Below are positions 55,484 to 64,000 of a stretch of DNA of 64,000 nucleotides, one piece after another; the stretch's first letter is position 1, and the number at the start of each line of letters is the position of its first letter. Both the position numbers and the translations under genes were made by a program. This DNA comes from Clostridiales bacterium UBA1206 (lineage in GTDB: Bacteria > Bacillota > Clostridia > Oscillospirales > CAG-382), in the NCBI GenBank assembly GCA_002310055.1, contig DBXS01000033.1, forward strand, positions 40,822 to 104,821, in the 5' to 3' direction. A model generated the notes under the pieces. The model did not search any database and was not told the origin of the DNA. It saw only the letters and a program-made list of their open reading frames with translations.

Positions 55484-57811
55484 ATGAAAAGAACCGTATC
55501 TGTGTTTGCGGCGCTGATCATCGCGCTTGCGCTGCCGTTTTCGGCGCTCGCGCACTATGCGTTGCTCGACGACGTCGATCCCGGCGTCATCACCGGCGTG
55601 ACGCTGACCGGCGTGGTCGCGCCCGCGACCGGCGAACAGCCCAGCTACAACGTGGTGATCCCCGCGGGGTCCGACTATATCGTAGACTACAGCCGCGACG
55701 GCGACGGGTCTTATATCAAGAACGGCGTGCAGTGGAGCCGCCAGGGCGAACCCGTTCCGTTTGACGGGACTTTCGGACCCGGCGCCGAATACACCGTGCG
55801 CGTCTTCCTTAAAGCCAAGACCGGCAAGACCTTTGCCGATCCGTCCGCCATCTCCGCTTCGGTCAACGGAGGATCCGCCGAAGCGGGCAGGGATTCGGAC
55901 GGCGGCGAAATGATATACGTCACGTACACGTTCCCGCAGACTGCCGGCGTGCAGAAGACCGAGATTGTTTCGGTCGTTTTCACAGGGTCCGTAGGTTACG
56001 GCACTCCGCTCGGGCCCACGACTATCGTGACCTCTTCGGACGGGATACTGACGGCTTCCGTGCACTGGCTTTCGGGTACGGAAGAACTCGAATCCGGCAC
56101 GCCGGCGGTCAACGGCACTTATACTGTAAGGATCGAAGCGTTCACCGACGGCGAGCATGAATTCACGGCCCAAACCGTATTTCAGGCGCTCGGCTCGGGC
56201 GGCGCGCCCTGTCAGGTCGCCGAGGACGGCTCTTCCGCCGTCTATATCGCCGAATTCACCGTCGCGTGCGACCATTCCGGAAACACCGACGGCTATATCA
56301 TCGACGACGAACAGCACGTGCTCGTCTGCTCGGTCTGCGGCGAGACCGTCACGAGCGGCGCGCACGAATTCGACGGCGGAGTCGATAACGGCGCCGAAAC
56401 GGTGTATACCTGCACCGTGTGCGGCTACCATTACTCGGTCCCGCACGGAAGCACCGGGAATATAAACGTCGACCTGCCTGCGTTCCACGCCGGCGACAAA
56501 TACCGCGATATCGCCGATTCCGTCATCGTAAGTTTTGAAAACGGTTCGCCCAAGAACGTGTTATTCACGTTCACCGCCGGCGAAGATACCGAAGTCGTGA
56601 TCTTCAACTGCGCGTCCGGCAATTATATGCTTCCGGGCGGCGGCGACGTCGACGAAGCGCTCGAAAAAACTGTCGAACCGTACGCCGATTTCGAACTCAC
56701 GCTGGAAATCGAACCCGGGCTTATTGCTCAGGCCTCTGATGTCACCGTCACCGGCGGGCCCGAGCCCGAAATTTCCATATCCGAAAACGGCAATATAGTC
56801 ATTCATCTCGATTACGGCGCGTTTTCGACCGTGATATCACAGATCGGATTTTCCGTTTCGCCCGATATCACCATGGGGCAGAAACCTTCGTCCGCTGCTT
56901 CGGTTTCCACCGACGGCGTGAGCGTCGACAAAGTGGAATGGTACAAGAACGGCGAGCCCTGGAGCGCCGACGAAAAGGCGGTCTGCGCGGACGAATACGT
57001 TGTTAAAGTAACGCTTTCGGCGGATAACGGACTTTCCTTCGCGCCCGACCTCACCGTTTCGCCAAGCGCGCTTAACGTCACGGTCTCCGGAAATACCGTA
57101 ACGGTCGAATATTCCTTCGGCGGCGTCGACCACAATTTCGGCAGATGGCAGACCATCACTTCCGCCAAGGAAGGCGTCGAGGGCAAAAAGATGCGCAAAT
57201 GCTCCGTCTGCGGCGCGGTCGAATATATGACCGTCCCTGCGCTCGAGCACACGCACAAATACGTTCAGAAATCTTCTGCCGAAGGCCATTGGACCGAATG
57301 CTCCTGCGGCGATAAGACCGAAATACTCGCGCACGAATGGGGCGAATGGAACGTCGTTACCGAAAGCGATATCGGCGTCGAAGGCGAAAGGGAACACGTC
57401 TGCACGGTCTGCGGCTACAAGGAAAGCGAAGTCATCCCCGCGCTCGATCCTCCGCACGTACACATCTACGGCCTGGAATACGACGAACAGTATCACTGGG
57501 GCAGGTGCGAATGCGGCGACCTCACAGATAAGGAAGAGCACGAATTCGACGAAGACGGCAAGTGCGCGATGTGCGGCTACGTCAGGCAGCAGCCGGCTGA
57601 AATTTCCGAAGAAGAATCTTCGGCGGATATTTCCGAACCCGTAACGGAAGAAAGTATTGCCGAATCGTCGGCCGAAACGGTATCGGAACCCGAGATGGTC
57701 GATAAATCCGGCAAAGTCGGGCTCATCATAGCCGCCGTGTTCATAGTGACCGCAGGCGCCGGAGTTGCGCTGTGGCTGTTTATGAAAAAGAAAAACGCCG
57801 GCAAAGCGTAA
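55484..57811 (+). CDS. C-terminally anchored surface protein with tandem Cys/His (zinc-ribbon-like) modules
   Basis: 775 aa from ATG 55484 after GGAGG. Signal peptide, beta-rich repeats, at least 7 CxxCG/CxCG units interleaved with HEF/HEW/HTH motifs, an acidic SE-rich linker, one TM helix and a basic tail. Confidence 0.75.
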   Translation: MKRTVSVFAALIIALALPFSALAHYALLDDVDPGVITGVTLTGVVAPATGEQPSYNVVIPAGSDYIVDYSRDGDGSYIKNGVQWSRQGEPVPFDGTFGPGAEYTVRVFLKAKTGKTFADPSAISASVNGGSAEAGRDSDGGEMIYVTYTFPQTAGVQKTEIVSVVFTGSVGYGTPLGPTTIVTSSDGILTASVHWLSGTEELESGTPAVNGTYTVRIEAFTDGEHEFTAQTVFQALGSGGAPCQVAEDGSSAVYIAEFTVACDHSGNTDGYIIDDEQHVLVCSVCGETVTSGAHEFDGGVDNGAETVYTCTVCGYHYSVPHGSTGNINVDLPAFHAGDKYRDIADSVIVSFENGSPKNVLFTFTAGEDTEVVIFNCASGNYMLPGGGDVDEALEKTVEPYADFELTLEIEPGLIAQASDVTVTGGPEPEISISENGNIVIHLDYGAFSTVISQIGFSVSPDITMGQKPSSAASVSTDGVSVDKVEWYKNGEPWSADEKAVCADEYVVKVTLSADNGLSFAPDLTVSPSALNVTVSGNTVTVEYSFGGVDHNFGRWQTITSAKEGVEGKKMRKCSVCGAVEYMTVPALEHTHKYVQKSSAEGHWTECSCGDKTEILAHEWGEWNVVTESDIGVEGEREHVCTVCGYKESEVIPALDPPHVHIYGLEYDEQYHWGRCECGDLTDKEEHEFDEDGKCAMCGYVRQQPAEISEEESSADISEPVTEESIAESSAETVSEPEMVDKSGKVGLIIAAVFIVTAGAGVALWLFMKKKNAGKA

Positions 57812-57821
57812 TACATAAAAC

Positions 57822-57860
57822 AAAAATCCCGCCGGAGCCAGCGCTCCGGCGGTTTTCTTT
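57822..57860. terminator. Bidirectional terminator between the surface-protein gene and barstar
   Basis: CCGCCGGAGC-cagc-GCTCCGGCGG 10-bp stem followed by TTTTCTTT, with an A-run upstream. Confidence 0.85.
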
Positions 57861-57866
57861 CGGTCT

Positions 57867-58130
57867 TTATTTGACTTTCAGCGTAAAGTTCGGGTTGTTT
57901 TCGGCGGCGTCGCAGAAGCATTTGAGCATCTCGCAGCCGTAACCGCCCAGCGCGTTGAGCATAACGTCGGCGTTTTTGAGCACCACGTTGGCGGGGCGTT
58001 CGGTCAGCAGATCGTACAGCGCGTCCAGATTGCGCCCGAAATATTCGGGGAACTGCATCACCTGGGAAATATGGTCGTACGCCTCTTCGCGCGTTTTCAT
58101 CCTTTTGCCGTTGAGCAGATATGCGTTCAT
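57867..58130 (-). CDS. Barstar family ribonuclease inhibitor
   Basis: 87 aa. PEYFGRNLDALYDLLT parallels barstar PEYYGENLDALWDCLT. Lies 12 nt downstream of the barnase-like gene. Confidence 0.85.
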   Translation of the reverse strand: MNAYLLNGKRMKTREEAYDHISQVMQFPEYFGRNLDALYDLLTERPANVVLKNADVMLNALGGYGCEMLKCFCDAAENNPNFTLKVK

Positions 58131-58142
58131 TTACGTCCCTCC

Positions 58143-58691
58143 TTAATAGAGCTGAGTGTAGGACTCATAGTGGTCTTCGGTATAATAGATGAGCCCGTCG
58201 TTGGAAAACACTATGCGTTTGGCGCCGCGGCTGCCGCCGTCATAGTCGATATCGCATTCATACCATTTGCGGCCGTCTTTCTTGGGGAGCAGACCTTCGC
58301 GGTTGCTGAAAACGTCGCCGCCTATTGATTTGCCCGGCGCGTAGTCCCAAAGCGGACCGCCTTCCCAGCCCAGCTCCTGAGCCTTGGCTTTGGTTATGAA
58401 ATTCTGCGGCAGCTTGCCGTAGGTGTGGATATAGAGCGCCACCTCGTCTTTAGAGGTATAGACTCCGTTTTCGTCTATGCCCGACGATATGTCGGATTGC
58501 GAATTCGTACCGCCGTTCGAAACGGGTTCGGAATTCGTTTCGGTCTGCCCCTGCGACGCTTCGCCGAACAGACCGCTTATAAGCTCGCCCAGCGATTTGC
58601 CGGTCAGCTTGGGTATGACGAGCACTGCAACGATGATGAGTACCGCCGCGATCATCGCGATAAGCGACTTGTTTTTCATTAGCTTTTTCAT
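58143..58691 (-). CDS. Secreted/membrane-tethered barnase-like guanyl-specific ribonuclease
   Basis: 182 aa. N-terminal TM/signal helix, a linker, then a domain collinear with barnase (YIHTYGKLPQNFITKAKAQELGW, APGKSIGGDVFSNREGLLP, YECDIDY, RIVFS, IYYTEDHY) with equivalents of Glu73, Arg83, Arg87 and His102. Confidence 0.88.
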   Translation of the reverse strand: MKKLMKNKSLIAMIAAVLIIVAVLVIPKLTGKSLGELISGLFGEASQGQTETNSEPVSNGGTNSQSDISSGIDENGVYTSKDEVALYIHTYGKLPQNFITKAKAQELGWEGGPLWDYAPGKSIGGDVFSNREGLLPKKDGRKWYECDIDYDGGSRGAKRIVFSNDGLIYYTEDHYESYTQLY

Positions 58692-58722
58692 TTTTTCACA
58701 CTCCGTATTTGCTTGTTCGGCC

Positions 58723-59433
58723 TCATTCGGCCGTAATAAGATCTTTAACTATTTCGGCTGCCATCAAAAGCCCCGCGGCTCCGGGAACGAACGCCGCAGA
58801 CCCCGGCGTCGACCGCCGCACGCCGTCTTTCACTTCAAAGCGCGGGATCACCGGCGGCTCTTTGGAATACACGACTTTCAAACGTTTTATGCCCGCCTTG
58901 CGGCATTCGGCGCGCATAACTTTCGCCAGCGGGCATACCGAGGTTTTAAAGATATCCGCGGCCTCGAACGCCGAAGGGTCCAGCTTGTTTCCGGCGCCCA
59001 TACAGGAAATGACTTTGACTCCCGCGTCCTGCGCCGCGCGCACTATCGCTATCTTCGCGGCGACGGTGTCCACCGCGTCCGCGACGTAGTCGTACTTTGA
59101 AAAATCAAAGTCGCTTGCGTTTTCGGGCAAAAAGAAGACGTTGTGCACGCGCACTTTGCAGTTCGGGTTGATATCGGCTATGCGTTCGCGCGCGGCTTCG
59201 GTCTTGAGCTTTCCCACCGTCGAATCCAACGCTACGATCTGGCGGTTGACGTTGGAGACCGACACCACGTCGCTGTCGATAAGATCCAGCGCGCCGACTC
59301 CCGACCGCGCGAGCGCTTCCGCGATATATCCGCCCACGCCGCCTATTCCGAATATTGCCACGCGCACCGACGCGAGTTTGTCAAGCGCTTCTTCGCCCAA
59401 TAGCATCGCGGTGCGGCAAAACCGTTCGTCCAT
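58723..59433 (-). CDS. tcdA: tRNA threonylcarbamoyladenosine dehydratase TcdA (ThiF/E1-like)
   Basis: 236 aa. Rossmann motif VAIFGIGGVGGYIAEALARSGVG...DSDVVSVSNVNRQ. Confidence 0.85.
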   Translation of the reverse strand: MDERFCRTAMLLGEEALDKLASVRVAIFGIGGVGGYIAEALARSGVGALDLIDSDVVSVSNVNRQIVALDSTVGKLKTEAARERIADINPNCKVRVHNVFFLPENASDFDFSKYDYVADAVDTVAAKIAIVRAAQDAGVKVISCMGAGNKLDPSAFEAADIFKTSVCPLAKVMRAECRKAGIKRLKVVYSKEPPVIPRFEVKDGVRRSTPGSAAFVPGAAGLLMAAEIVKDLITAE

Positions 59434-59540
59434 TTCGCTCTTCCTTCTTTTGGTTTTTATTATTATACCATCATATCCCGCGCAATGTCAATGTTTTTTA
59501 GCAAAACGCCGCATCATCGCGCGCGCTTTTTTCATAAGTC

Positions 59541-59570
59541 TTGACAAAAGCACGCGTTACGTGATATAAT
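59541..59570 (+). promoter_or_regulatory. Sigma-A type promoter for the NUDIX gene
   Basis: TTGACA (59541-59546), 18-nt spacer, TATAAT (59565-59570). Confidence 0.65.
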
Positions 59571-59651
59571 CAGCGTGCAGGCAGAAAAAGACCGGACGGC
59601 GGCCGTTTGCATTTTCTTTTTATGTGAACACGCGCCGTTTTGCTTTTTGAT

Positions 59652-60623
59652 ATGCGCGCAGAATACCGGGTTTTACGGGGCGGAAACGTGTTAAAACTTA
59701 AATATCTCGAGCCAAATGAATACGACGAAAACGACGTTTCCGTTTCGGTGATGGCGGCGCGCTATGAAGGCAAATGGATCTTTTGCCGCGATAAAGAGCG
59801 CACGTCGTGGGAACTCCCCGGCGGCCACCGCGAAGCGGGCGAGACGCCGCTTATGACCGCGCGCCGCGAGCTTTACGAAGAGACCGGCGCAACGGAGGCG
59901 GAAATCGTCCCGGTCAGCGCGTTTTCCATAACCACCGACAAAGGGACCGACTACGCGGTGCTCTACCTCGCGTACATCAAAGAGATGGGCGACATACCCG
60001 AAACCAGCGAAGTCGGCGAAAAGCGCGGCTTTTCGGTCATCCCGTCCGACCTTACATATCCGCTCATCCATTACGACCTTTTCAATTACGCCCAGCGCTG
60101 GCTCAATTTCAGGACCGTAGCTAATACCGAGCTCGCCGTTTTCGGCGCCGACAAGATGCCCAAACGTTATGGCAAAACGCCGTTCGAGCGGCTGGGCGAA
60201 GACGAGTATTTCGCTTCCGTCCACGTCTGGATCCGCCGCAGCAAAGGCGATTATCTTCTGCTTCGGCGTTCCGAAAACGCCGGATATCCCGGCTTGTGGT
60301 GCTGCGTCACGGGGCTCGTCAAAAAAGGCGAAAACAGCCTTTCCGCCGCGGTGCGCTCGGCAAAGGAAAAGACCGGGATCTCGCTCGTGCCCGAATTCGG
60401 CAGATGCGTGCTCAGCTTTACGGATTCGAGCACTCACGCCGATATCTGGCTTTGGGTGTGCGACACTGAAAAAGAAGATCTTGTGATAAACAGCCGCGAT
60501 ACCGTGCGCGCGGATTTCGGCACCAAGTGCGATATCCTCGTATTCGAACGGGCGGGCGAGCTCGTGCCGTTCCCGTATTTGCGCGACTTTTTGAACGTTT
60601 CGGACCGTCTGTTTTATATGTGA
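59652..60623 (+). CDS. Tandem NUDIX hydrolase domain protein
   Basis: First Nudix box GGHREAGETPLMTARRELYEETG. Second, degenerate domain GLVKKGENSLSAAVRSAKEKTG. Start is ambiguous (TTG 59640, ATG 59652 or GTG 59688). Confidence 0.75.
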   Translation: MRAEYRVLRGGNVLKLKYLEPNEYDENDVSVSVMAARYEGKWIFCRDKERTSWELPGGHREAGETPLMTARRELYEETGATEAEIVPVSAFSITTDKGTDYAVLYLAYIKEMGDIPETSEVGEKRGFSVIPSDLTYPLIHYDLFNYAQRWLNFRTVANTELAVFGADKMPKRYGKTPFERLGEDEYFASVHVWIRRSKGDYLLLRRSENAGYPGLWCCVTGLVKKGENSLSAAVRSAKEKTGISLVPEFGRCVLSFTDSSTHADIWLWVCDTEKEDLVINSRDTVRADFGTKCDILVFERAGELVPFPYLRDFLNVSDRLFYM

Positions 60624-60631
60624 TACGGGGT

Positions 60632-61486
60632 GTGAAAGTGAAGAACAAAAAAACCGTAATAACAGCCGCCGTCTGCATAGCGGTGATCGCGGGCATATTC
60701 GTGCTGGCGTTCGCCGGCTCGGGCGGAAGTATCAAAGTGGTGTTCCCGTCGCTCGGTAAAGCCGATTGCGCCATACTTTACGAAGACGGCGCCTGCGTGG
60801 TCATCGATTGCGGCAACAAAGGCGACGGCAAGGGCGTCGCCGATCTGTGCGCGTCGCTCGGCGCCGAAAAGATCGACTGCCTAATAATAACGCATTTTGA
60901 TAAAGACCATATCGGCGGCGCCGCCAAGCTGCTCACGTCGATACATGTCGCCAAAGTCTACGAGCCCGACTACGACGACAGCGAGGTCGACATAAACGAA
61001 TATTCGCTTTACCGGCTGGCGCTGGAAAACGCCGTCGCCGAAGGCACCGAGCTCATCAAACTCGGCAGCGACGAAAAGATCGCCGTAGGCGGAATGGAAC
61101 TCACTCTTATGCCGCCTCACAAGAGCTACGACAAGAGTATCGATAACAACAGCTCGCTCGTCGTTCTTGTTTCGGCTTACGGCAAAAGGCTGCTTTTCGC
61201 CGGCGATATCGAAAAACAGCGCATAGACGATATGCTCGCGGAATACGACCTGAAGTGCGACTTTCTCAAAATGCCGCATCACGGCGAATACGGCAAAAGC
61301 GTTTCCAACCTCATAAAAGCGTGCTCGCCGTCGGCGGCGGTCGTCACCTGCGAAAACAGGGAAGAGCTCGACCCTTCGCTGGAAAACGCGCTCGCTTCTG
61401 CGGGCGTGAACGTGTATTACACCGATACGGGCAAAACGCTTTATTTCACCTGCCGCAAAAACGGCATCGATCATAACGAAGAATAA
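60632..61486 (+). CDS. Membrane-anchored MBL-fold hydrolase (ComEC C-terminal-domain-like)
   Basis: GTG start at 60632 or 60638, N-terminal TM helix, ITHFDKDHIGG and KMPHHG metal-binding motifs. Confidence 0.75.
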   Translation: MKVKNKKTVITAAVCIAVIAGIFVLAFAGSGGSIKVVFPSLGKADCAILYEDGACVVIDCGNKGDGKGVADLCASLGAEKIDCLIITHFDKDHIGGAAKLLTSIHVAKVYEPDYDDSEVDINEYSLYRLALENAVAEGTELIKLGSDEKIAVGGMELTLMPPHKSYDKSIDNNSSLVVLVSAYGKRLLFAGDIEKQRIDDMLAEYDLKCDFLKMPHHGEYGKSVSNLIKACSPSAAVVTCENREELDPSLENALASAGVNVYYTDTGKTLYFTCRKNGIDHNEE

Positions 61487-61526
61487 AAAACCACGGACCG
61501 GAACTGCTGTTCCGGTCCGCTTTTTG
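61485..61526. terminator. Bidirectional terminator between the MBL gene and the convergent membrane-protein gene
   Basis: CGGACCGGAAC-tgct-GTTCCGGTCCG 11-bp stem with A6 upstream and T5 downstream. Confidence 0.85.
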
Positions 61527-61539
61527 CTTATGTGATCTT

Positions 61540-62316
61540 TTAGCTTAAAGTCTTTTCGATCTCGCTTTCGGCTGTTTCAACTTTATCGTCGACAGTCGCG
61601 TCGTCGGTTTCGAGATTGGTGATGTTGTCGTGCGCGGCGCAGGATTTGCAAAGTCTGGTGCGGCCGGCGGCTATAGCCTGTTCGACGGTGCCGCTGGTTA
61701 GGGTGTCGGAGTGGTTGAGGTGCGAGCAATCCGGGTCGGTGTGATACACGTGGCCGAAAGGCGACCAGTAAACGGTCTCGTCACCCAGAGTGTTGATCGC
61801 TTCTTCTTTCTTTTCCTGCGAAACGGGGTTGAAATCATAGCTGCAGACGCCGGCTATGAGCAGAGCGACTATCGCCACCACGGTGGCTATCGCCTTGGTG
61901 CGCTTGTCGTTGTTCTTGCTCGAAAGCATAATGATTATGAACGGTACGAACGCCGCGACGCTCACGATCACGCCCAGGTTATTCCAGAGCCAGAACTTGA
62001 CTTTGTTCTTTTCGCTTGCGGGACTGATGTGGTTGGCTTTTTTCCAGAGCAGCGAACCGATCACCACGCAGATGAGGTCGAGCACGAGGAAAATGATGAG
62101 TTGCCACAGTGAAGGCATAAAGTGGAACGAGAATTTGCCCAGCGCAACGAGTATCGCCAGCACTTCGAACGCGAACGCGAGCACCCACAGCACTATCGCT
62201 CCTATGCGGTAGCCTACGGAACTGCCGGTGGGGGCCGTCTCTTTGATCTTCTTTTTGCCGGTGACTTCTTCGCCGGTGGAAGCCGAAATGATTTTCTTCT
62301 TTTTGATCTCTGCCAT
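61540..62316 (-). CDS. Membrane protein with C-terminal Cys/His motif, unknown function
   Basis: 258 aa, four hydrophobic helices, then a soluble tail VYWSPFGHVYHTDPDCSHLNHSD...AIAAGRTRLCKSC. Confidence 0.65.
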   Translation of the reverse strand: MAEIKKKKIISASTGEEVTGKKKIKETAPTGSSVGYRIGAIVLWVLAFAFEVLAILVALGKFSFHFMPSLWQLIIFLVLDLICVVIGSLLWKKANHISPASEKNKVKFWLWNNLGVIVSVAAFVPFIIIMLSSKNNDKRTKAIATVVAIVALLIAGVCSYDFNPVSQEKKEEAINTLGDETVYWSPFGHVYHTDPDCSHLNHSDTLTSGTVEQAIAAGRTRLCKSCAAHDNITNLETDDATVDDKVETAESEIEKTLS

Positions 62317-62404
62317 TTGGATACACCTTTCTGTTATTATTTGGTCCGTCGATTGATTATATAATATTTTTCTTCAATTTGCAAGTATATTCTGCAAAAA
62401 ACGG

Positions 62405-63277
62405 TCATTTGCCGAAAAAATCGGGAATAAAGCTTTCGCTCGCCGTGCCTTTTTGCTGTATATAGGCGTTTTCCACACCGATAGATAGCGCGTAGCCGAC
62501 CACCCGGTCGTATTCCAGAGTGGTGAGTCTGCGGTTTATCTCGGGGTAAGATTCAAGCCCTATCGGCGTGAACTGGTTCATTATGGATATCTGTATCGCG
62601 TTCCCGTAGGTCTTGTGAAGGTATTCTATCACGCGCTTGGAATCTTCCGTATGCCCGGGCAGGATAAGATGCCGCACTATCACGCCCGAACGCATCGTCC
62701 CGTCTTCCGCGTAGACGCGCGACGGATGTTCGCGCACCATTTCTTCAAGCGCTTCCTTGGCTTTTTCGGGGTAGTCGCGGCAGGCGGAATAGCGAAACGC
62801 GAGTTCGTTTGACATATATTTGAAATCCGTCAGGTAAATATCTATATACTTTGCCGCATCTTTCAGCGTCTGCGGCAGTACGTAGCCCGAACAGTTGTAA
62901 ACGACCGGGATAACAAGCCCCTGCTTTTTCGCCTCTTCCAGCGCCGCGCAGATCTGCGGAGCGAAATGGTCGGGGGTCACCAGATTTATGTTGTGCGCGC
63001 CTTCGTTTTGCAGCGAAAGAAACAGTGCGGCGAGCGAACGGGTATCGTATTCTTTGCCCGTCTCCGCGCGCGATATCGCCCTGTTCTGGCAATAGACGCA
63101 TTTGAGCTGACAGCCGGCGAAAAACACGCAGCCCGAACCGCGCGTGCCCGAAATACAGGGCTCTTCCCAGCAGTGCAGCATATGATGCGCCACCACGGCG
63201 TTTTCGCCGCAGCCGCAGTATCCTTTGCCCGCCGCGCGGTCGACTCCGCAGCGGCGCGGACACAGTTCGCATTTCAC
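62405..63277 (-). CDS. Radical SAM protein, PflX-type (pyruvate formate-lyase activase-like)
   Basis: 290 aa. N-terminal CELCPRRCGVDR...GYCG cluster and the radical SAM motif CQLKCVYCQN. Confidence 0.8.
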   Translation of the reverse strand: MKCELCPRRCGVDRAAGKGYCGCGENAVVAHHMLHCWEEPCISGTRGSGCVFFAGCQLKCVYCQNRAISRAETGKEYDTRSLAALFLSLQNEGAHNINLVTPDHFAPQICAALEEAKKQGLVIPVVYNCSGYVLPQTLKDAAKYIDIYLTDFKYMSNELAFRYSACRDYPEKAKEALEEMVREHPSRVYAEDGTMRSGVIVRHLILPGHTEDSKRVIEYLHKTYGNAIQISIMNQFTPIGLESYPEINRRLTTLEYDRVVGYALSIGVENAYIQQKGTASESFIPDFFGK

Positions 63278-63340
63278 AGCGTTCTTCCCCCTTTCTTGTA
63301 GATATTATAATATAAAAACGCGCAATAATCAAGGCGGTAC

Positions 63341-63369
63341 TTGAAAAGTCCGGCGGAATGTGTTATAAT
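63341..63369 (+). promoter_or_regulatory. Consensus sigma-A promoter for the downstream lipoprotein gene
   Basis: TTGAAA (63341-63346), 17-nt spacer, TATAAT (63364-63369). Confidence 0.7.
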
Positions 63370-63403
63370 GACTAAAACCATCCTATAAAGGAGTTTTGAT
63401 ATT

Positions 63404-64000
63404 ATGAAAAAAACAGTATGTCTGTTCCTTGCGGTAATGCTGCTTCTCGTTTCGTTCGTCGCTTGCAAGGGCGACGAAAACAAGCCTTCGGATAAAACCG
63501 AATCCAATACTTCGGGCGTTTCCGACGTTTCTGCTCCCGACCAGTCCGCAGATACGGGCTCGGAAGAAGTTTCGGAAGATTACGTCTACGGCAAGGATAT
63601 CCCCGTAAAGGATCTGGGCGGCAGAGTCATCCGCGTCCTTTCCATCAACTGGGCGGCAAACAGCACGTCTATGACCTATAACGGCGATATCATCCAGCGC
63701 GACACCTACGACGAACTCACCGCCGACGTGCTCGACAGGACCAAATGCGAAGTCAGGCAGAATATCGAAACGCGCTACAACTGCGTTATAGAAGGCGTGT
63801 TCGATTCCAATAACTTTGCAAGCGTCATCTACAATCAGGTCCAGGCGCCTTCCGAAAATTCCTACGACATAGTGCTCAATTCGTTCGGCGGCGCGGCTCA
63901 GGCCACGCTCACCGGCGTTTACGTCGATATGAACGATATCCCCACCATCGATCTCAGCAACCCCTGGTGGGACCAGAACGCCGTGCACGACCTTTCAATA
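63404..64000 (+). CDS. Lipoprotein, probable ABC-transporter solute-binding protein (N-terminal part, runs off the window)
   Basis: Not in the ORF track because it has no stop in the window. ATG 63404 follows AAAGGAG. MKKTVCLFLAVMLLLVSFVACKG lipobox, acidic S-rich linker, then ...IPTIDLSNPWWDQNA typical of large sugar-binding lipoproteins. The 63383..63988 minus ORF is its antisense shadow. Confidence 0.6.
   Translation, partial: MKKTVCLFLAVMLLLVSFVACKGDENKPSDKTESNTSGVSDVSAPDQSADTGSEEVSEDYVYGKDIPVKDLGGRVIRVLSINWAANSTSMTYNGDIIQRDTYDELTADVLDRTKCEVRQNIETRYNCVIEGVFDSNNFASVIYNQVQAPSENSYDIVLNSFGGAAQATLTGVYVDMNDIPTIDLSNPWWDQNAVHDLSI

Overview
GC-rich chromosomal segment (strong G/C third-position bias, many long antisense shadow ORFs) from a spore-forming Clostridia-type Firmicute. 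I found no rRNA, tRNA, CRISPR array, transposase or integrase. About 55 genes are supported, mostly housekeeping. They include yabP-yabQ-divIC-yabR, hpf, groES-groEL, tex, alaA, ruvX, secA, trmL-mnmE-mnmG-rsmG, ybaK, tmk, argG-argH, pnp, rpsO, a glycogen operon glgC-glgD-glgA-glgP plus a GH13 enzyme, ilvB-ilvN, thpR and tcdA. Many near-consensus sigma-A promoters (TTGACA-N17/18-TATAAT) and hairpin/T-run terminators are readable directly. Several things are not explained by ordinary annotation. (1) A 105-nt imperfect-palindrome element is present twice at 101/105 identity, at 17175-17279 and 38227-38331. Its 23-nt 3' core occurs a third time at 16613-16635. Each copy lies in the leader of a different, unrelated lipoprotein gene. 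(2) An ECF-type sigma domain is fused to a roughly 670-aa C-terminal region with no transmembrane segment and an internal duplication (5861-8437). It is preceded by about 450 bp of unusually structured non-coding DNA. (3) secA is translationally coupled to two polytopic membrane proteins of unknown function that may be related to each other, where Bacillus has prfB. (4) A low-GC islet carries an orphan NTF2-like immunity-type lipoprotein. (5) A FliB/YkgJ-type Cys-cluster gene has its conserved N-terminus upstream of any canonical start codon. (6) A C-terminally anchored surface protein carries tandem Cys/His modules. (7) A barnase-barstar pair is present. All functional calls rest on my recognition of motifs in the translated ORFs; no database search was run.
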